Source: Basidiobolus meristosporus CBS 931.73 (Eukaryota > Fungi > Basidiobolomycota). Taken from it: a stretch of DNA of 64,000 nt. The position numbers and the translations under genes were made by a program. A model generated the notes under the pieces. The model was given only the letters and a program-made list of their open reading frames with translations. It made no database searches and had not been told where the DNA came from. Position 1 is the stretch's first letter. The number at the start of each line of letters is the position of its first letter. Below, one piece after another: positions 25,232 through 38,747 of this stretch. Location of the stretch: contig MCFE01000469.1 of assembly GCA_002104905.1 (NCBI GenBank), forward strand, positions 1 through 64,000. The letters are read 5' to 3'.

Positions 25232-27748
25232 TGATAAGCTCTTATTACACAACAGTTCCACTATGGTCATTATTTCCTGTTCAGTTCCCTTGATCCAAAA
25301 CACTTCTTAAATTGCAACAGGTTATGAGCCTCAGGTGCTTAACCTAATTCAAAGATGATATCTAAAAGCAAAGAAAGTAATATAAACATCATCCCTGTAA
25401 AGAGTGGTTAGATGGTACAAACCACAAACATTTGAGAATCAAGATGCAGATCCATCTTGAGGAAAGAAAGCTTGGGAATATAGTAATATGAGTAGAAGTC
25501 AAGCCCAAAGGAACAGCAGAAGAAGTTGAACATTTTCCAGAGGACAGAGCAGCCTTTAATGCCACATGTGTCAATGTGCAGGTTTCCTTCACTGGATATA
25601 TTCATGCTTCTAAAACTGCCAAAGCAGCATGGGAATCCTTAGCAAAAATCTTCAGAGTAAAGTCAGTAACATGCACACTTATCTAAGAAGAAAGCTTTTC
25701 AACATGAGGAAGATGCCAGAGGATGACAAACAATAACTCATAACCACAACAGAGACTCTTGCAAAAGCACTTTACAGTATAAATACTGGTGTGGATGATG
25801 AAGAAAAGATAGAATGGCTTCTATACAGCCTATATGACAAGTATAAACCACTCATACTTTTGCTGAAAAGCAGAGAAGACAATTAGACCTTATACTATGT
25901 CAAAGGAGGACTTTTCTATGAGCAACTCAGACATAGTGATCAAGCAGAGAAAATAGAAGATAATGAATGATTCAGCTCAGAAAGGCACACAAAAAAGAAG
26001 GAAAACAATAAAACTAAGTACAGTAGAATAGTAATATTAATGAGGAGACCTTTGCTACATGAAAAGGTAGTGGAGTACAGGTCCTGGGCTGAATTTATTG
26101 CTACTAAAGTATACATCAAAAATATATGCCCAACAACAGCAATACAAGACTTCAAGTAAGATATGTCCCTGGATCTTGGTGACAGACATCCAATAACCAT
26201 GAAGAAGCTTATCTTACCTAAGGTGCTAAACTTCATAGTCTGGAACAAGCAATACAAAGTACAGATGCTACCATATAGCAACAAGCAAAGCAGGAGGAGT
26301 ACCAATTTGAGATCAGGGCATAAACTTGGGAACTGGTAGATATACCAAATAGGAGAAAGCAAATAGCATGTAGCTGGGTTTACAAGATAACTATCCTGAT
26401 CCTGTATGTGGACAATATAATTACAGCTACAAGTTACCAGGTGGCACCTAAACAGACATAGTAAGACCTCTTCAGCAAGTTTTAGCTGAAAGATCTTTGA
26501 AAACCAAGCTATTCTGTTGGAATCAAAGTCAAGCATGATATACCCCAGAAAAATTGTGCTGAATCGATCCAGGTATATCAGCAACATTTTAGACACTGCA
26601 AATTGATAATTGTAGGGCTGGAGTAACTTGCATGTAAAATAGCCTGCAATTGCTCAAATATCAGCCTGTTTCATATGAAAAGAGCTTAAATAAGGATCCC
26701 AACTTTCTCTACCAGTTAATGGTTAGTAGCTTGATGTACTTCATGGTGTCTACATGTCCAGATATTGCAGTGGCAACTGTAATGCTCAGTTGCTTCATGC
26801 CGGTTAATGGATCTGATCAAATTGCAGCAGTTGAGCAAACCATCAGATATCTGAAAGGTACTATTACTATGGTTCTGGAATACTCTAGAGCAACAAATAG
26901 GCATAGATTTAATAGCTATAATGATTAAAATTGAGGTAGAGATCAAATTGACAGACACTCTACCACTGGGTATGTTTTTCTACATGCTGGTGCAGCAATT
27001 GCTGGGCATTGCAAGAAACAACCCACTGTGGCCCTCTCTACAACTGAAGCCAAATAAATGGCTGCTTTTCAAGCAACCGGGGAGGCTTTATGGCTATGAA
27101 AATTATTCCTAGGTCTTAACTGAGATAAATCAATATGTATTTACAAATACAATTGTGGTTGTATTTCATTAGCTAGGAATTCTGTTAATCGTACCTGAAG
27201 TAGGCACATGGATATACAGCAACACTTTGCAAGGGAAGCTGCAGACAATGCCTTAGTAGAGTCAGTTTATTCCTTAACTGACAAAATGGCGGCAAATATA
27301 CTAACAAAATCACTAGCAAGGCCGCAACTTCAGACTCTCAGCAAGCAATTAGGAGTAAGCAATTTGCCATTGAGGGGGGCACTGAAACATTGGACTATTT
27401 GGTATCTTTTAGTAGCTAGAAGATTTACTTTACTATTCTGGACTTGTCTTGGTAACAGTAAAACTAACTTACAGCCCTAGCTTTGCCATTTTCTTTAGAT
27501 ATATGATTCAATTATTACTCCTTTATAGTCAAGATTGAATTAGCACTTTGACTAAACATTATGTACTAGCCCTTGAACTGCTTCAGAATGCTCCTGAATA
27601 TTGACAAAACCTCCCTACTTAATGTTAGAGTTATATTACTTCCACAAAGGTACAAATTATAAGATTCTACATCAAAAATAACAGTTCAACTATTATTATT
27701 ATTTCTGGATATATTCCTAATATCCAAAACACTTTTTAGATTGCAACA
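25232..27748 (+). mobile_element. Copia family D element, heavily deleted and decayed; partial 5' LTR, PBS 25320-25330, PPT, 3' LTR 27380-27748
   Basis: ttgcaaca|ggttatgagcc; gag-like WLDGTNH; RT/RNase H remnants 26600-27360; PPT attgagggggg. Confidence 0.8.
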
Positions 27749-29961
27749 GCTCAAACTTCTACTTAGTCTTGCTTCTCAGCAATACCAAGTTTCCAACTGC
27801 CAATGCTTCCACTGATATAGTCTTGTCAAATCTCTGCCTCATCTTTTCTGCACTTTAAGATATTTTGGCCTGTGCCTCTTGACAATTTTGTTCCAGTAGC
27901 TGATGTCTAACTAGCTGACTGAGTTCACCTTCTAAGACATCTCTAAGTCCTGGTTGTGTGAGATCTCCTGGAATCCTTGGCTCACACCCATTCACTGAGT
28001 AAAAATGCAATTGTTGGATAGTAGTGTGCACTCTAACCCTTCAGACAAAAAGTGCTTGGTCTAACTACTCAGCCAATCTGCTGACAGCTCCATTTGCACA
28101 CTTGGTCAGCATTTTTCAAAACAATCCATTAAACCTTGGAATAACTCCATTAAATCAAGGGTGATATGCCAAGGCTTTCAAATCTCGAATCTGCTGCATT
28201 TCCAGGTAAGCTTCCAATGTCTTTGCTGTAAGGTTTGCTTTGCTATCATACACATTTCCTCTGGGCATCCAAACCTCATAAGGATCTGATTGTAGATGAA
28301 GCTTGTAACTTCTTGCTCACTGACTAAAGGTACAACCCCAGCAACTGGCCAATTAGTGGAATGGTCATTGCTACTAGGATTGAATTGTTGCAGTTTCCTG
28401 GCAGCTGGCAGTCTTTCAGCAAAGTCAATTCCCCATTACCTGTATGGTGTTACACACTCCAAGGAAAAGAGCTCAGCAATTCTCCATGGTGGGTCTAGCA
28501 TGATTTAGCAATCTGGGTATGTTTCCACCAGCTTCTTAATATCTTTTTCATTTGGGGCTATAATGTTTTTGGTTTTGCAAGGTTTTAGTTTTGTTACAAC
28601 ATCAGCCACTGTGTTGTTTTTTCCAAGGCAGTCAACAATCTAGAAGTAATATTGTTGAATGTGTTGACTCAGTCATTTTATACTTCTAGAGAATAGCATC
28701 TGAATCGATATATACTTGAGGGTAGCATGATCCATCTTTACAGTGCACTTGACTCCTTTAGTGTATCATATCCATATCTTTAGGAAGTGTATTATGGCAA
28801 GCACATCCTTCTCATGCACTGAATGGTTTTGTTCTGCCAAGCCCAGCTTCTTGATTTTGAAAGCAACTTGGTATTCCTTGCCCTCATGTTTTTGGCTTAT
28901 TCACCATGTTCCTTCATAAACTCACATTTTGCTAGCTTGCTCTAAAGCTTGTTCTTTCTAGCTTCTTCCAAACCTTCCCAATGTACACCAAGTGGTCCTC
29001 TTCTGTCTTCCTTCATATTAATTGCACTTCAATGACTCACATTCTTGCAAGTTACTGCCTTCAACTCATTGATAAAGTATTTAACTTGATCTAGAGGGTC
29101 TGTTCTTTCAGTTTGTCCAAGTAAACATCTATACTCAGATGTATTCCTGAGCAATTACCATCTTTCTGCATGTCTTCTGCTTCCTTCTTAGCAGTGTCTG
29201 CGAATATCAAGGCTCAAACATATCCTGAGTTTTTATTGCAACCTCATTCAAGATAAGTATAGTAGAGCATCCCATTGTAGTGGCTCACCTGATCTTGTTA
29301 TGGTATCATTGTAAAGCTGCATTGGCTGAGTAAGAAGCAGCCTAATAGAATGCTTTCTAGAGCAATTCCCTTAGCCATAAAAGCTTCTTCAATCTGGAAG
29401 TGCCAAGTTCCCAGGTTTTCATTGACTCTACTATAGTACCAGCTGGGATTTGCTGCACCACATCCTTCTATTCTTGATTCTCTGACATCTTAAGGGAGGC
29501 TTCTTCTTAATTCAGGAGAGGAGGTTTCTGGTTATTGCTGCTATACAGAAATATTCCAGATCAAAAGAATGTAAGAAGAAACAACTTTGTTTTGATGTTG
29601 CAAGTCTTGGTATAAGAGTTGTAGTTCAATTGAGAGTTTGGCTAGAATCATATTCAATAAAACTTGAACAGATTTTCATTGAGGTACCAGCAGCACTTTA
29701 TTTATATTTTGCCAGATCAAGTACTGACAAATTGTATTTCCTATATAGTTATGGCTGATAACTGATTTGAATGCATCACCTTCATCCAATTAGATCCTAC
29801 TGAATATATCTTTTCTATCTAATAAGGATCTGTTGAATAACTTGCTGACTGGTGCTACTGAATTCATAGATAACACTCATGTACAAAGAGGCTAAACATA
29901 AAACTGAATGATCTGACTAAGTACGGATCTACCTTATGTATTCAAGTTGTAAATCATGACA
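27749..29961 (-). mobile_element. Gypsy family B copy B0, decayed, with LTR 29596-29961
   Basis: Rc of B integrase, RNase H and gag pieces; LTR rc tgtcatgat..cttgcaaca. Confidence 0.8.
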
Positions 29962-30000
29962 CCTTAATTCTCCTTAACTTGTATACCAAGACTTGTCACA

Positions 30001-30240
30001 CCAGCAGCTTGGAATTAGTAAGTCTCTTAATGATGTTATGCTATGATTGTGAAGGTGTTTTGTAGATTCTACTGCTATATAGGCAAGTAAGCTTGACTGT
30101 AATTAGATACATCTTCAATGGGATTTGAATTGTTGCTTGGACAGTTTTATTTTATCCTACACTTACTTGAGTAGACTTGACCAGTGCATACATACATCAT
30201 ACATAAAAAGACTTGATTCTGTAGCAAGGTAATCATAATT
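30001..30240. mobile_element. Family T subterminal fragment
   Basis: cagcagcttggaattagt.. matches 1880-2050 and 45540-45730. Confidence 0.65.
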
Positions 30241-30269
30241 CCTGCAGAAAGTCTATCCTTGAAGCTATT

Positions 30270-30830
30270 GCTAGGCACTTATTCATATTTTATCTTATCA
30301 GTATAATCTCATTTTTCTTTGCCCAAATTGTTAGTATTACCCCCATAAGATGCTATCCCTGATTAGCTATCAGCATTAGTTATCCCCAATGCTATTCAGT
30401 TTTGTGATCACCAGATATAGCTACAGTAGGCAGGTATGTGTATCAGTGGTTATGTCACATGACCTAGGTCTGTGCTACCATACCTAACATTTCAGTGCTT
30501 TATATGGAATTTTTTTGTCACGCAGGTTTAGTTCCCTAATCCTAGCCCTTCCAGTATCTTCTTAGAATGTTATAAGCTTGTGATGATATCATCAAGATTT
30601 CTACTGATGGCTGAAACCTTCTAGAACCCATCCATTAGTAATCACTAGGCAAGCAGGAAAAGTTTCCCACACAGGTCAATCCCTTAACAATCAACCATCC
30701 CTTATATCAGTAACACTTTCCCCTTATTGGTTAGTATTTGATCAATGCACCTACATACAACAGTTGCACCTCAGACCTGGAGTACCCAGGGAGCTGGAGA
30801 AGCAGTATAGGATGAAACATGCTACCAAAT
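30270..30830 (+). repeat. Diverged LTR-A-like fragment
   Basis: caagatttctactgat..gaacctt..attagtaatcact..atcccttaacaat is collinear with 8840-8990. Confidence 0.6.
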
Positions 30831-30932
30831 TGCTGTAAAAGCACTTCTGCCTATTGCCTGTATGTTGCTGGCCTGGATTTAATACATAAACTACACAATA
30901 TGTATGGATATTTTGGAACTGAAGGAACCTAT

Positions 30933-33900
30933 TGTTATGATCTGCTGCTTGAATGTTTAAGTTAGATCAGTTTTTAGTCAAATCAATTAGTATATGTTTA
31001 GGTTATCAGTATATCAGTACTATCTATCAAATCAGTAGCATTAATCAGCAAATGAATCAGCAGATCCTTATCAAACAGAAATAGATATGTTAGGTAGGAT
31101 CTTAATGGGTGATGATGATGCAATCCAATGAGTCATCAGCCACAACCTACATTAGGAAATACAATTAGTCAGCAATTGATCTGGCAAAATGTATATAAGG
31201 AGCTGCTGGAACCTCAGTAAAAATCAGTTCAAGTTTTAGTGAATACAATACTAGCTAAACTCCCTATTCCTCTACAATTCTCATACCAAGACTTGTAACA
31301 TTGGTAGCAGCAATAACCAGAAACCTCCCTCCTGAAGAAAGAAGAAACCACCCTCAAGATGATGGACAATCAAGAATGGAAGAATGCCATGCAGCAAATC
31401 CTGGCCCAACAGCAACAGTTACTCCAGATCCTTAGCCAACAGCAACAAGGAATGACTACCATGGCTCAGAGCCAGCAAAGCCCTGTCAAGAGCAACTTGA
31501 GTGCAAGGGTCAACTGGTACCATGGCAGCGTCAATGAAAACCTGGGAACTTGGCTCTTTCAGATTGAAGAAGCTTTTAAAGCTAAAGGAATTGCTCCAGA
31601 ATACCAGTTGCATTATGCAGCTTCTTACCTGGCAGATGCAGCTTTACAGTGGTACCACAACAAGATCAGGTCAGCCACTATGATGGGATGGTCTACAATC
31701 TCTACCTGGGATGAGTTTGTGTTGGAAATTCAGGATGCTTTTGAACCTCCACACCAGTAGACACTACTAAGAAGGAAGTTAAAAACACTCAGACAGAAAG
31801 GAATGGTTCATAAATACATCTATGAGTACAGATGTCTACTTGGACAAAATAAAAGAATGGACCCCCTGGATCAAGTTGAATACTTTATTGATGGGTTGAA
31901 AGAAAGAACTTGCAAGGAAGTGAATTATCTAAGACCTCAGACTATTGATGAAGCCATCAAGATTGCCAATGACTATGACTCTGCTATGTTTGGAGTTGGG
32001 AAGCCTACAGTGACTAATCAGAAAGGCTACAGTCATTATGAAAGAAGACAGTCAGAAGCAGTACCAATGGAAATAAATGCTATGCAGAAGAATCCTACCT
32101 CAGAAGAATGTTAGAAAAAAGGACCTTGTTTCAATTGCCACCAGCAGGGACATATTGCAAAGTACTGCCCTCAGAGAAGAAATGGAAGCCAGCCATCAAA
32201 TACCTTTAACCATATTGAGACCATGGAGCATAGTAACATGGAGGATGAACTTGAAGAAGACTCAGAACTCACCTTCCACATAAAGAAGAATACCTCTCCC
32301 AGATGACCTCAAACTCAGGAAAGCTATTTTTCTTGAATGGAGTAATCAATGGAGTATCTGCCAAGATCATGATAGAGTCAGGAGCATTGCATGAGTATAT
32401 GTCAGAGCAATTTGCTTTGAAGGCTGGAATCAACTTGGAACCTACCAAATCAACTTCAGTCTCAACAGCTGATGGGAACTCTCACATAATCAACCGTATT
32501 ACTCAGCCAGTAAGAATGAAGATCAACAACTATAAAGAAGACCTACAGGCATATATACTTGGGAACTGCAAGTTTGACCTTGTACTTGGAAAAACCTGGC
32601 TATTTTGTCATAATCCATCAATCAACTGGAGAACCCATGCTACTCAGATCCAAAAAGACAACAAGACCTATGAGCTATTACCTGCCAGGCTGGATTTCAA
32701 CTTGATCAATTCCAGTATGTGTGAGACAAGTGAACTTAGCAAAACCCAGTTCTGTAGAGCGCTTAGTAAAGGTACGCAAATGTTCCTCATGGCAGTATTA
32801 CAGACAGATTCCACTACCCCAGCACCCTAGCAGGTCCAGACTCTCTTGTAGAAATATTCAGATGTGTTTCCAGATGAGCTTGTAAGCTTACCACCAGTCA
32901 GAGATGTGGATCAGGCCATTGACAAAGAAGATAGCCCTCCAGTGAGCAAGACACCTTACGGAATGAGTCCATTGGAATTGAAGGAAATGAAGAGACAATT
33001 TGATCAGCTATTGGAGCAAGGATACATCAGACCCAGCAAGTCATCTTGGGGAGCACCAGTGCTTTTTGTGAAAAAGAAGGATGGAACACTTAGGATGTGC
33101 ATTGACTACAGAACCCTGAACTCAGTTACAGTCAAGAATAAGTACCCCATACCTTGGATTGATAAGCTTTTAGACCAACTTAATGGAGCCACTATTTTCA
33201 GCAAGATTGAACTCATGTCAGGATACAACCAGATTAGGGTGAAGCCAGAAGACATCCTTAAGACAGCATTCAGGACCAGATATGGACATTACAAGTACTT
33301 AGTCATGAGTTTTGGCCTCACTAATGCCCCTGCAACATTCATGACACTGATGCAGACTGTCTTTCAGGAGTACTTAGACAAGTTTGTGATAATCTACCTG
33401 GATGACATATTGATATACAGCAAGACAGAAGAGGATCATGTGGTGCATATTGAAAAGGTCTTGAAGAAACTAAGAGAGAACAAGCTATATGGCAAGCTAG
33501 CCAAGTGTGAATTCTTCAAGGAACACATTGAATATCTGGGACACATAGTGACTAGCACAGGAGTAACCTAGACCCTAAGAAGGTGGAACTAATCAAAAAT
33601 CTGAAGCAGCCCCATTGCATATCAGAGCTCAGATCATTCCTTGGAATGGTTTCCTATTATTGGAGATTTGTCAAGTCTTTTGCAAGTATTGTAGCCCCTT
33701 TAACTGATATCCTCAAGAAAGACAATACCTACAAGTGGGACATAGCTTGTGAGACTGCCTTCTAGGCACTCAAGAATGAGCTTTCCAAGCTGCCAAGCTT
33801 AAGAATACCAGACTTCAGAAAAGAGTTCACTCTGTGCACAGATGCTTCAGATTATGCAATTCGTGGAGTGTTTAGCCAAGAACGCAAGGGATAGGACTAC

Positions 33901-34480
33901 CCTGTTGCCTTTGAATCCATGAAACTGAACTCAGCAGAGCAAAACTATCCAGTCTGCTCTGCTCTTTTCCTTGGAGTGTTTAAGACCATATGAATAATGG
34001 GGAATTGACTTTGTTGAAAAACTGCCAGCTGCCAGGAAACTGCACAATTAGATCCTGGTAGCAATGACCATTCCACTGATTGGCCAGTTGCTAGGGCTGT
34101 ACCTTTAGTCAGTGAGCAAGAAATTACAAGCTTCATCAACCAGCAGATCCTTATGAGGTTTGGATGCCCAGAGGAAATGTGTATGATAGCAAAGCAAACC
34201 TTACAGCAATGACATTGGAAGCTTACCTTGAAATGCAGCATATTCAAGACTTGAAAGCCTTGGCATATCTCCCTTGATATAATGGAGTTATTGCAAGGTT
34301 TAATGGATTGTTTTGAAAAATGCTGACCAAGTGTGCAAATGGAGCTGTTAGCAGATTGGCTGAGTATTTAGACCAAGCACTTTTTGTCTGAAGGGTTTGA
34401 GTGCACACTACTATCCAACAACTGCATTTTACTCAGTGAATGGGTGTGAACCAAGGATTCCAGGAGATCTCACTCACCAA
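30933..34480 (+). mobile_element. Gypsy family B copy B1: 5' LTR 30933-31300, PBS tggtagcag, gag, protease, RT, RNase H, deletion, integrase piece
   Basis: gag YHGSVNENLGTWLFQIEE..AALQWY; CFNCHQQGHIAKYC knuckle; [26 protein letters not shown] (32864-33571). Confidence 0.92.
32864..33571 (+). pseudogene. pol: Gypsy B reverse transcriptase core
   Basis: 235-aa ORF with YLDD and [10 protein letters not shown]; flanked by premature stops. Confidence 0.92.
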
Positions 34481-34770
34481 CACTCCATATAATATTTCCT
34501 TTTGCCACCTCCCCTTGCCCCTTCCATATTAACATTGTAGAATCACCTCTCTTTATTTGCTACCCATTACAACCTTGGGTATTCTACATATAGTTAGAAT
34601 TAGCAAAAAATATGGCATACTGCTGACTAACCTTGGCATACAGGCACACCTGTGGCAAATGACACACTTCTATCACCCCAACTTCTCTACATTTTGGTGA
34701 GGTTGCCACCACTTTTGTCATAAAAACCGCATGAATATCTTCAGATAACTTTTTGGTATTTAGACACTAT

Positions 34771-37700
34771 TGTTATGATCTGCCACTTGAGTGTCTAAGT
34801 TGGATCATTTTTTAGTCAAGTTAATTAGTTATATGTTTAAGCTATCAGTATATCAGTATTATTTATCAAATCAGTAGCATTAGTCAGCCAATGATTCAGC
34901 AGATCCTTATCAGACAGAAATAGATATATTAGGAAGGATCTTAATAGGTGATGATGATGCAATTAGATGAGTCATCAGCCACAGCCTACATTAGAAAATA
35001 CAATTAGTCAGCAATTGATTGGGCAAAAAATATATAAGGAGCTGCTGGAATCTCAATTAAGATCAGTTCAAGCTTAGTGAATACAATGCTAGCTAAACTC
35101 CCTATTCCTCTGCAATTATTATACTAAGACTTGTAGCATTGGTAGCAGCAATAGCCAGAAACATCCCTCCTGAAGAAAGAAGAATCCTCCCTCAAGATGT
35201 CCAAAAATCAAGAATGGAAGAATGCTATGCAACAAATCCTGGCCCAGCAGCAACAGTTACTCCAGATCCTTAGCCAGCAGCAACAAGGAATGACTACCAC
35301 GGCCCAAAGCCAGCAAAACCCTGTCAAAAGCAACTTTAGTGTGAAAGTCAACCAGTGCCATGGTAGAGTCAATGAAAACCTGGGAACTTGGCTCTTCCAG
35401 ATTGAAGAAGCTCTCAAGGCTAAAGGAATTGCTCCAAAAAGCAAGTTACATAATGCAGCCTCTTACCTGGCAGACACAGCATTACAGTGGTACCACAATA
35501 AGATCAGGTCAGCCACCATGATGGGATGCTCTACATCTCTACCTGGGATAAGTTTGTGTTGCAAATTCATGATGCCTTTGAGCCCCCACACCAACAGTCA
35601 CTACTAAGAAAAAAGTTGAAGACGCTCAGACAGAAAGGAATGGTCCAAGAATACATCTATGAGTATAGATGTCACTTGGGCAAATTGAAAGAATGGACCT
35701 ACTTGATCAAGTTGAATCCTTTATTGATGGGTTGAAAGAATGAACTTGTAAGTGAATTATTGAAGACCTCAAACTATTGGAGAAGCCATCAATATTGCCA
35801 TTGACTATGACTCAGCTATGTTTGTAGTTGGGAAGCCCAAAATGACTGATCAGAGAGGCTGCAATCACTATGAAATAAGACAATCAGAAGCAGTGCCAAT
35901 GGAAATAGACACCATGCAGAAGAATCCTACCTCAGAAGAATGTTAGAAAAAAGGACCTTGTTTCAATTGCCACCAGCAGGGACATATTGCAAAGTACTGC
36001 CCTCAGAGAAGAAATGGAAGCCAGCCATCAAATACCTTTAACCATATTGAGACCATGGAGCATAGTAACATGGAGGATGAACTTGAAGAAGACTCAGAAC
36101 TCACCTTCCATATGACAGAAGAATACCTATCCCAGATGACCTCAAACTCAGGAAAGCTATTATACTTGAATGGAGTAATCAATGGAGTACCTGCCAAGAT
36201 CATTATTGACCTAGGAGCATTGCATGAGTACATGTCAGAGCAATTTGCTTTGAAAGCTGGAATCAACCTGAAACCTACCAAATCAACTTCATTCTCAACA
36301 GCTGATGGGAACTCTCACCTAAACAACTGTATTACTCAGCCAGTAAGAATGAAGATCAATGACCATGAATAAGATCTGCAGGCCTGTATATTTGTGAACT
36401 GCAAGTTTGACCTGGTACTTAGGAAAACCTGACCATTTTGTTGTAATCCATCAATCAACTGGAGAACCCACACAACTCAGATCCGGCAGGACAACAAGAC
36501 CCATGAGCTATTACCTGCCAGACTGCATTTTAACTTGGTCAATACTAGTGTGTGCAAAACAAGTGAACTTAGCACAACACAGATCTGTAGAGCACTAAGA
36601 AAAGGCACCCAGATGTTCCTCATGGCAGTATTACAGGAGGATTCCTCTACTCCAGTACCCCAGAAGGTCCAGACTCTTTTGAAGGAATATTCAGACATAT
36701 TTCTAGACAGGTTTTTAAGCCTACCACCAGTCAGAGACATGGATCATGCCATTGAAACAGGAGACAGCCCTCCAGTGAGCAAGACACCTTAAAGAATGAG
36801 TCCATTGGAGTTGGAAGAGATGAAGAGGTAAATAGATCAGTCACTGGAGCAAGGATATATCAGACCCAGCAAGTCACATTGGGGAGCATCAGTAATTTTG
36901 TGAAGAAGGATGGAACACTTAGGATGTGCATTGACTAGAGAGCCCTAAACTCAGTTACCATGAAGAATAAGTAACCCATACCTTGCATCGATGAGCTTTT
37001 GGATCAACTCAATGGAGCCACTATTTGCAGCATGATTTGGTTGCTGACACCTTATCAAGATTAGATCAAGTTGCACAACTGAACTTGTTGCATGTATCCA
37101 ATTGGCCTAGCCTATTACCAAAGTACTTGGAGGACCAAGCCATTCCTAATGAGGTGGATGAAGATATCAAGAAGAGAATTCAGGATGAAGCCAGCAAATT
37201 TGTAGTACAGGATGAAACACTCTACCAAATTGTTGATGAAAGTCCTGTTGCCTATTGCCCTTATGTTTTTTGCCTGGATTTAATATATAAGCTACACAAC
37301 GGATATGGACATCTTGGAATTGAAGGAACCTATAGCCTTGTGACAGCCAGAGCATGGTGGCCCAGAATGCAACATGACATTGAGAAGCTAGTTAAAACAT
37401 GCCTAAATTGCCACATCAGCATAGGCCAACCACAGAGAACTGCTGAACTCTTTCCTTTGGAGCCTGTAAGACCATTTGAAAGATGGGGAATTGACTTTAT
37501 CAGAAGACTGCCAACCACTAGGAAATGCCACCGTTGGATCCTAGTAGCAATTGACCATACCACCAAATGGCCAGTGGCTAAGGCAGTACCTATAGTCAGT
37601 GAACAAGAAGTTGCAAGTTTCATCTACCATGAGATCCTTACAAAGTTTAGATGCCTTATAGAGATTATATCCAATAGAGGTGGGAGTTTTATGGCAAAAA

Positions 37701-38747
37701 CATAGGAAGCTTACCTGGAAAAGCAGCAGATCAAGCACTTGAAAACCTTGGCATATCACCCAAGAACTAATGGAGTCACTGAATGGTTTAATGGATTATT
37801 TGGAAACATGCTGACCAAATATGCAAACAGAGCTGTCAGTAGATGGGATGATTATATAGACCAAGCACTCTTTGCATGCAGAGTCAGAGTAGACAACACC
37901 ACCCAGCAATTGCCATTTTACTTAGTGTATGGATGTGAACTAAGGATTCCAGGAGATCTCACACAACCAAAGCTTACAGACATCTTCAAAGATGAACTCA
38001 GTCAGCCAAGTAGACACCAGCAACTGGAACAAAGACGTCAAGAGGCACAGACCAAAGTATCTCAAAGTGCAGAAACAATGAAGCAGAGATTTGATCAGAC
38101 TATAGCACAAGAAGCATTGACTGTTGGGAACTTTGCATTGCTAAGAAACAACACTTGGAAGAAGTTTGCGCCACAATGGACAGGACCATTCAAGATCATC
38201 AGAGAATGTCCATTTGCAACTTACCAACTAGTGGACAAACAAGGCAATATCTGGGAAGACTTAGTGCATAGGGACAGACTCAAGCTTACAAGACTTGCTG
38301 ATAATACTGAACCATCAAGATATTGGTATCACAAGAAAAGAGACTCAGGAGAGCCCTCTCAACTTTATCAGGAGAGAATGCTATGATCTGCCACCTGAAT
38401 GTTTAAGTTAGACCAGTTTTTAGCCAAATTAATTAGTTATATGTTTAGGCTATCAGTATATCAGTATTATCTATCAAATCGGTAGCTGTAGTCAGCAAAT
38501 GAATCAGCAGATCCTTATCAGACAGAAATACATATATTAGATAGGATCTTAATGGGTGATGATGATGCAATCAGATGAGTCATCAGCCACAGCCTACATT
38601 AGGAAATACAATTAGTCAGCAATTGATCTGGTAAAATGTATATAAGGAGCTGCTGGAATCTCAATAAAGATCAGTTCAAGTTTTAGTGAATACAATATTA
38701 GCTAAACTCCCTATTCCTCTACAACTCTTATACCAATACCTGTAACA
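34771..38747 (+). mobile_element. Gypsy family B copy B2: two LTRs (34771-35138, 38379-38747), TSD ctat, most of RT and RNase H deleted
   Basis: ctat at 34767-34770 and 38748-38751; PBS tggtagcag; PPT caggagagaa; RT start joined to the integrase-proximal region near 37025. Confidence 0.93.
37025..38386 (+). pseudogene. pol: Gypsy B integrase (H2C2 zinc domain, rve core)
   Basis: LHNGYGHLG..WWPRM..CLNCH; WGIDF; AIDHTTKW; AYHPRTNG; WTGPFKI. Confidence 0.92.

Noticed and set aside
25940-26596. 218-aa hydrophobic minus-strand ORF resembling a membrane protein
   Set aside because: Antisense to A-rich decayed Copia D sequence; the F/L/I richness is expected from the complement of purine-rich coding DNA, and no motif is recognisable.
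32105-32114. Shared TAG in Gypsy B gag as programmed read-through
   Set aside because: It lies upstream of the zinc knuckle, B3 has a sense codon there, and it falls within the identical patch, so it is better explained as one copied lesion.
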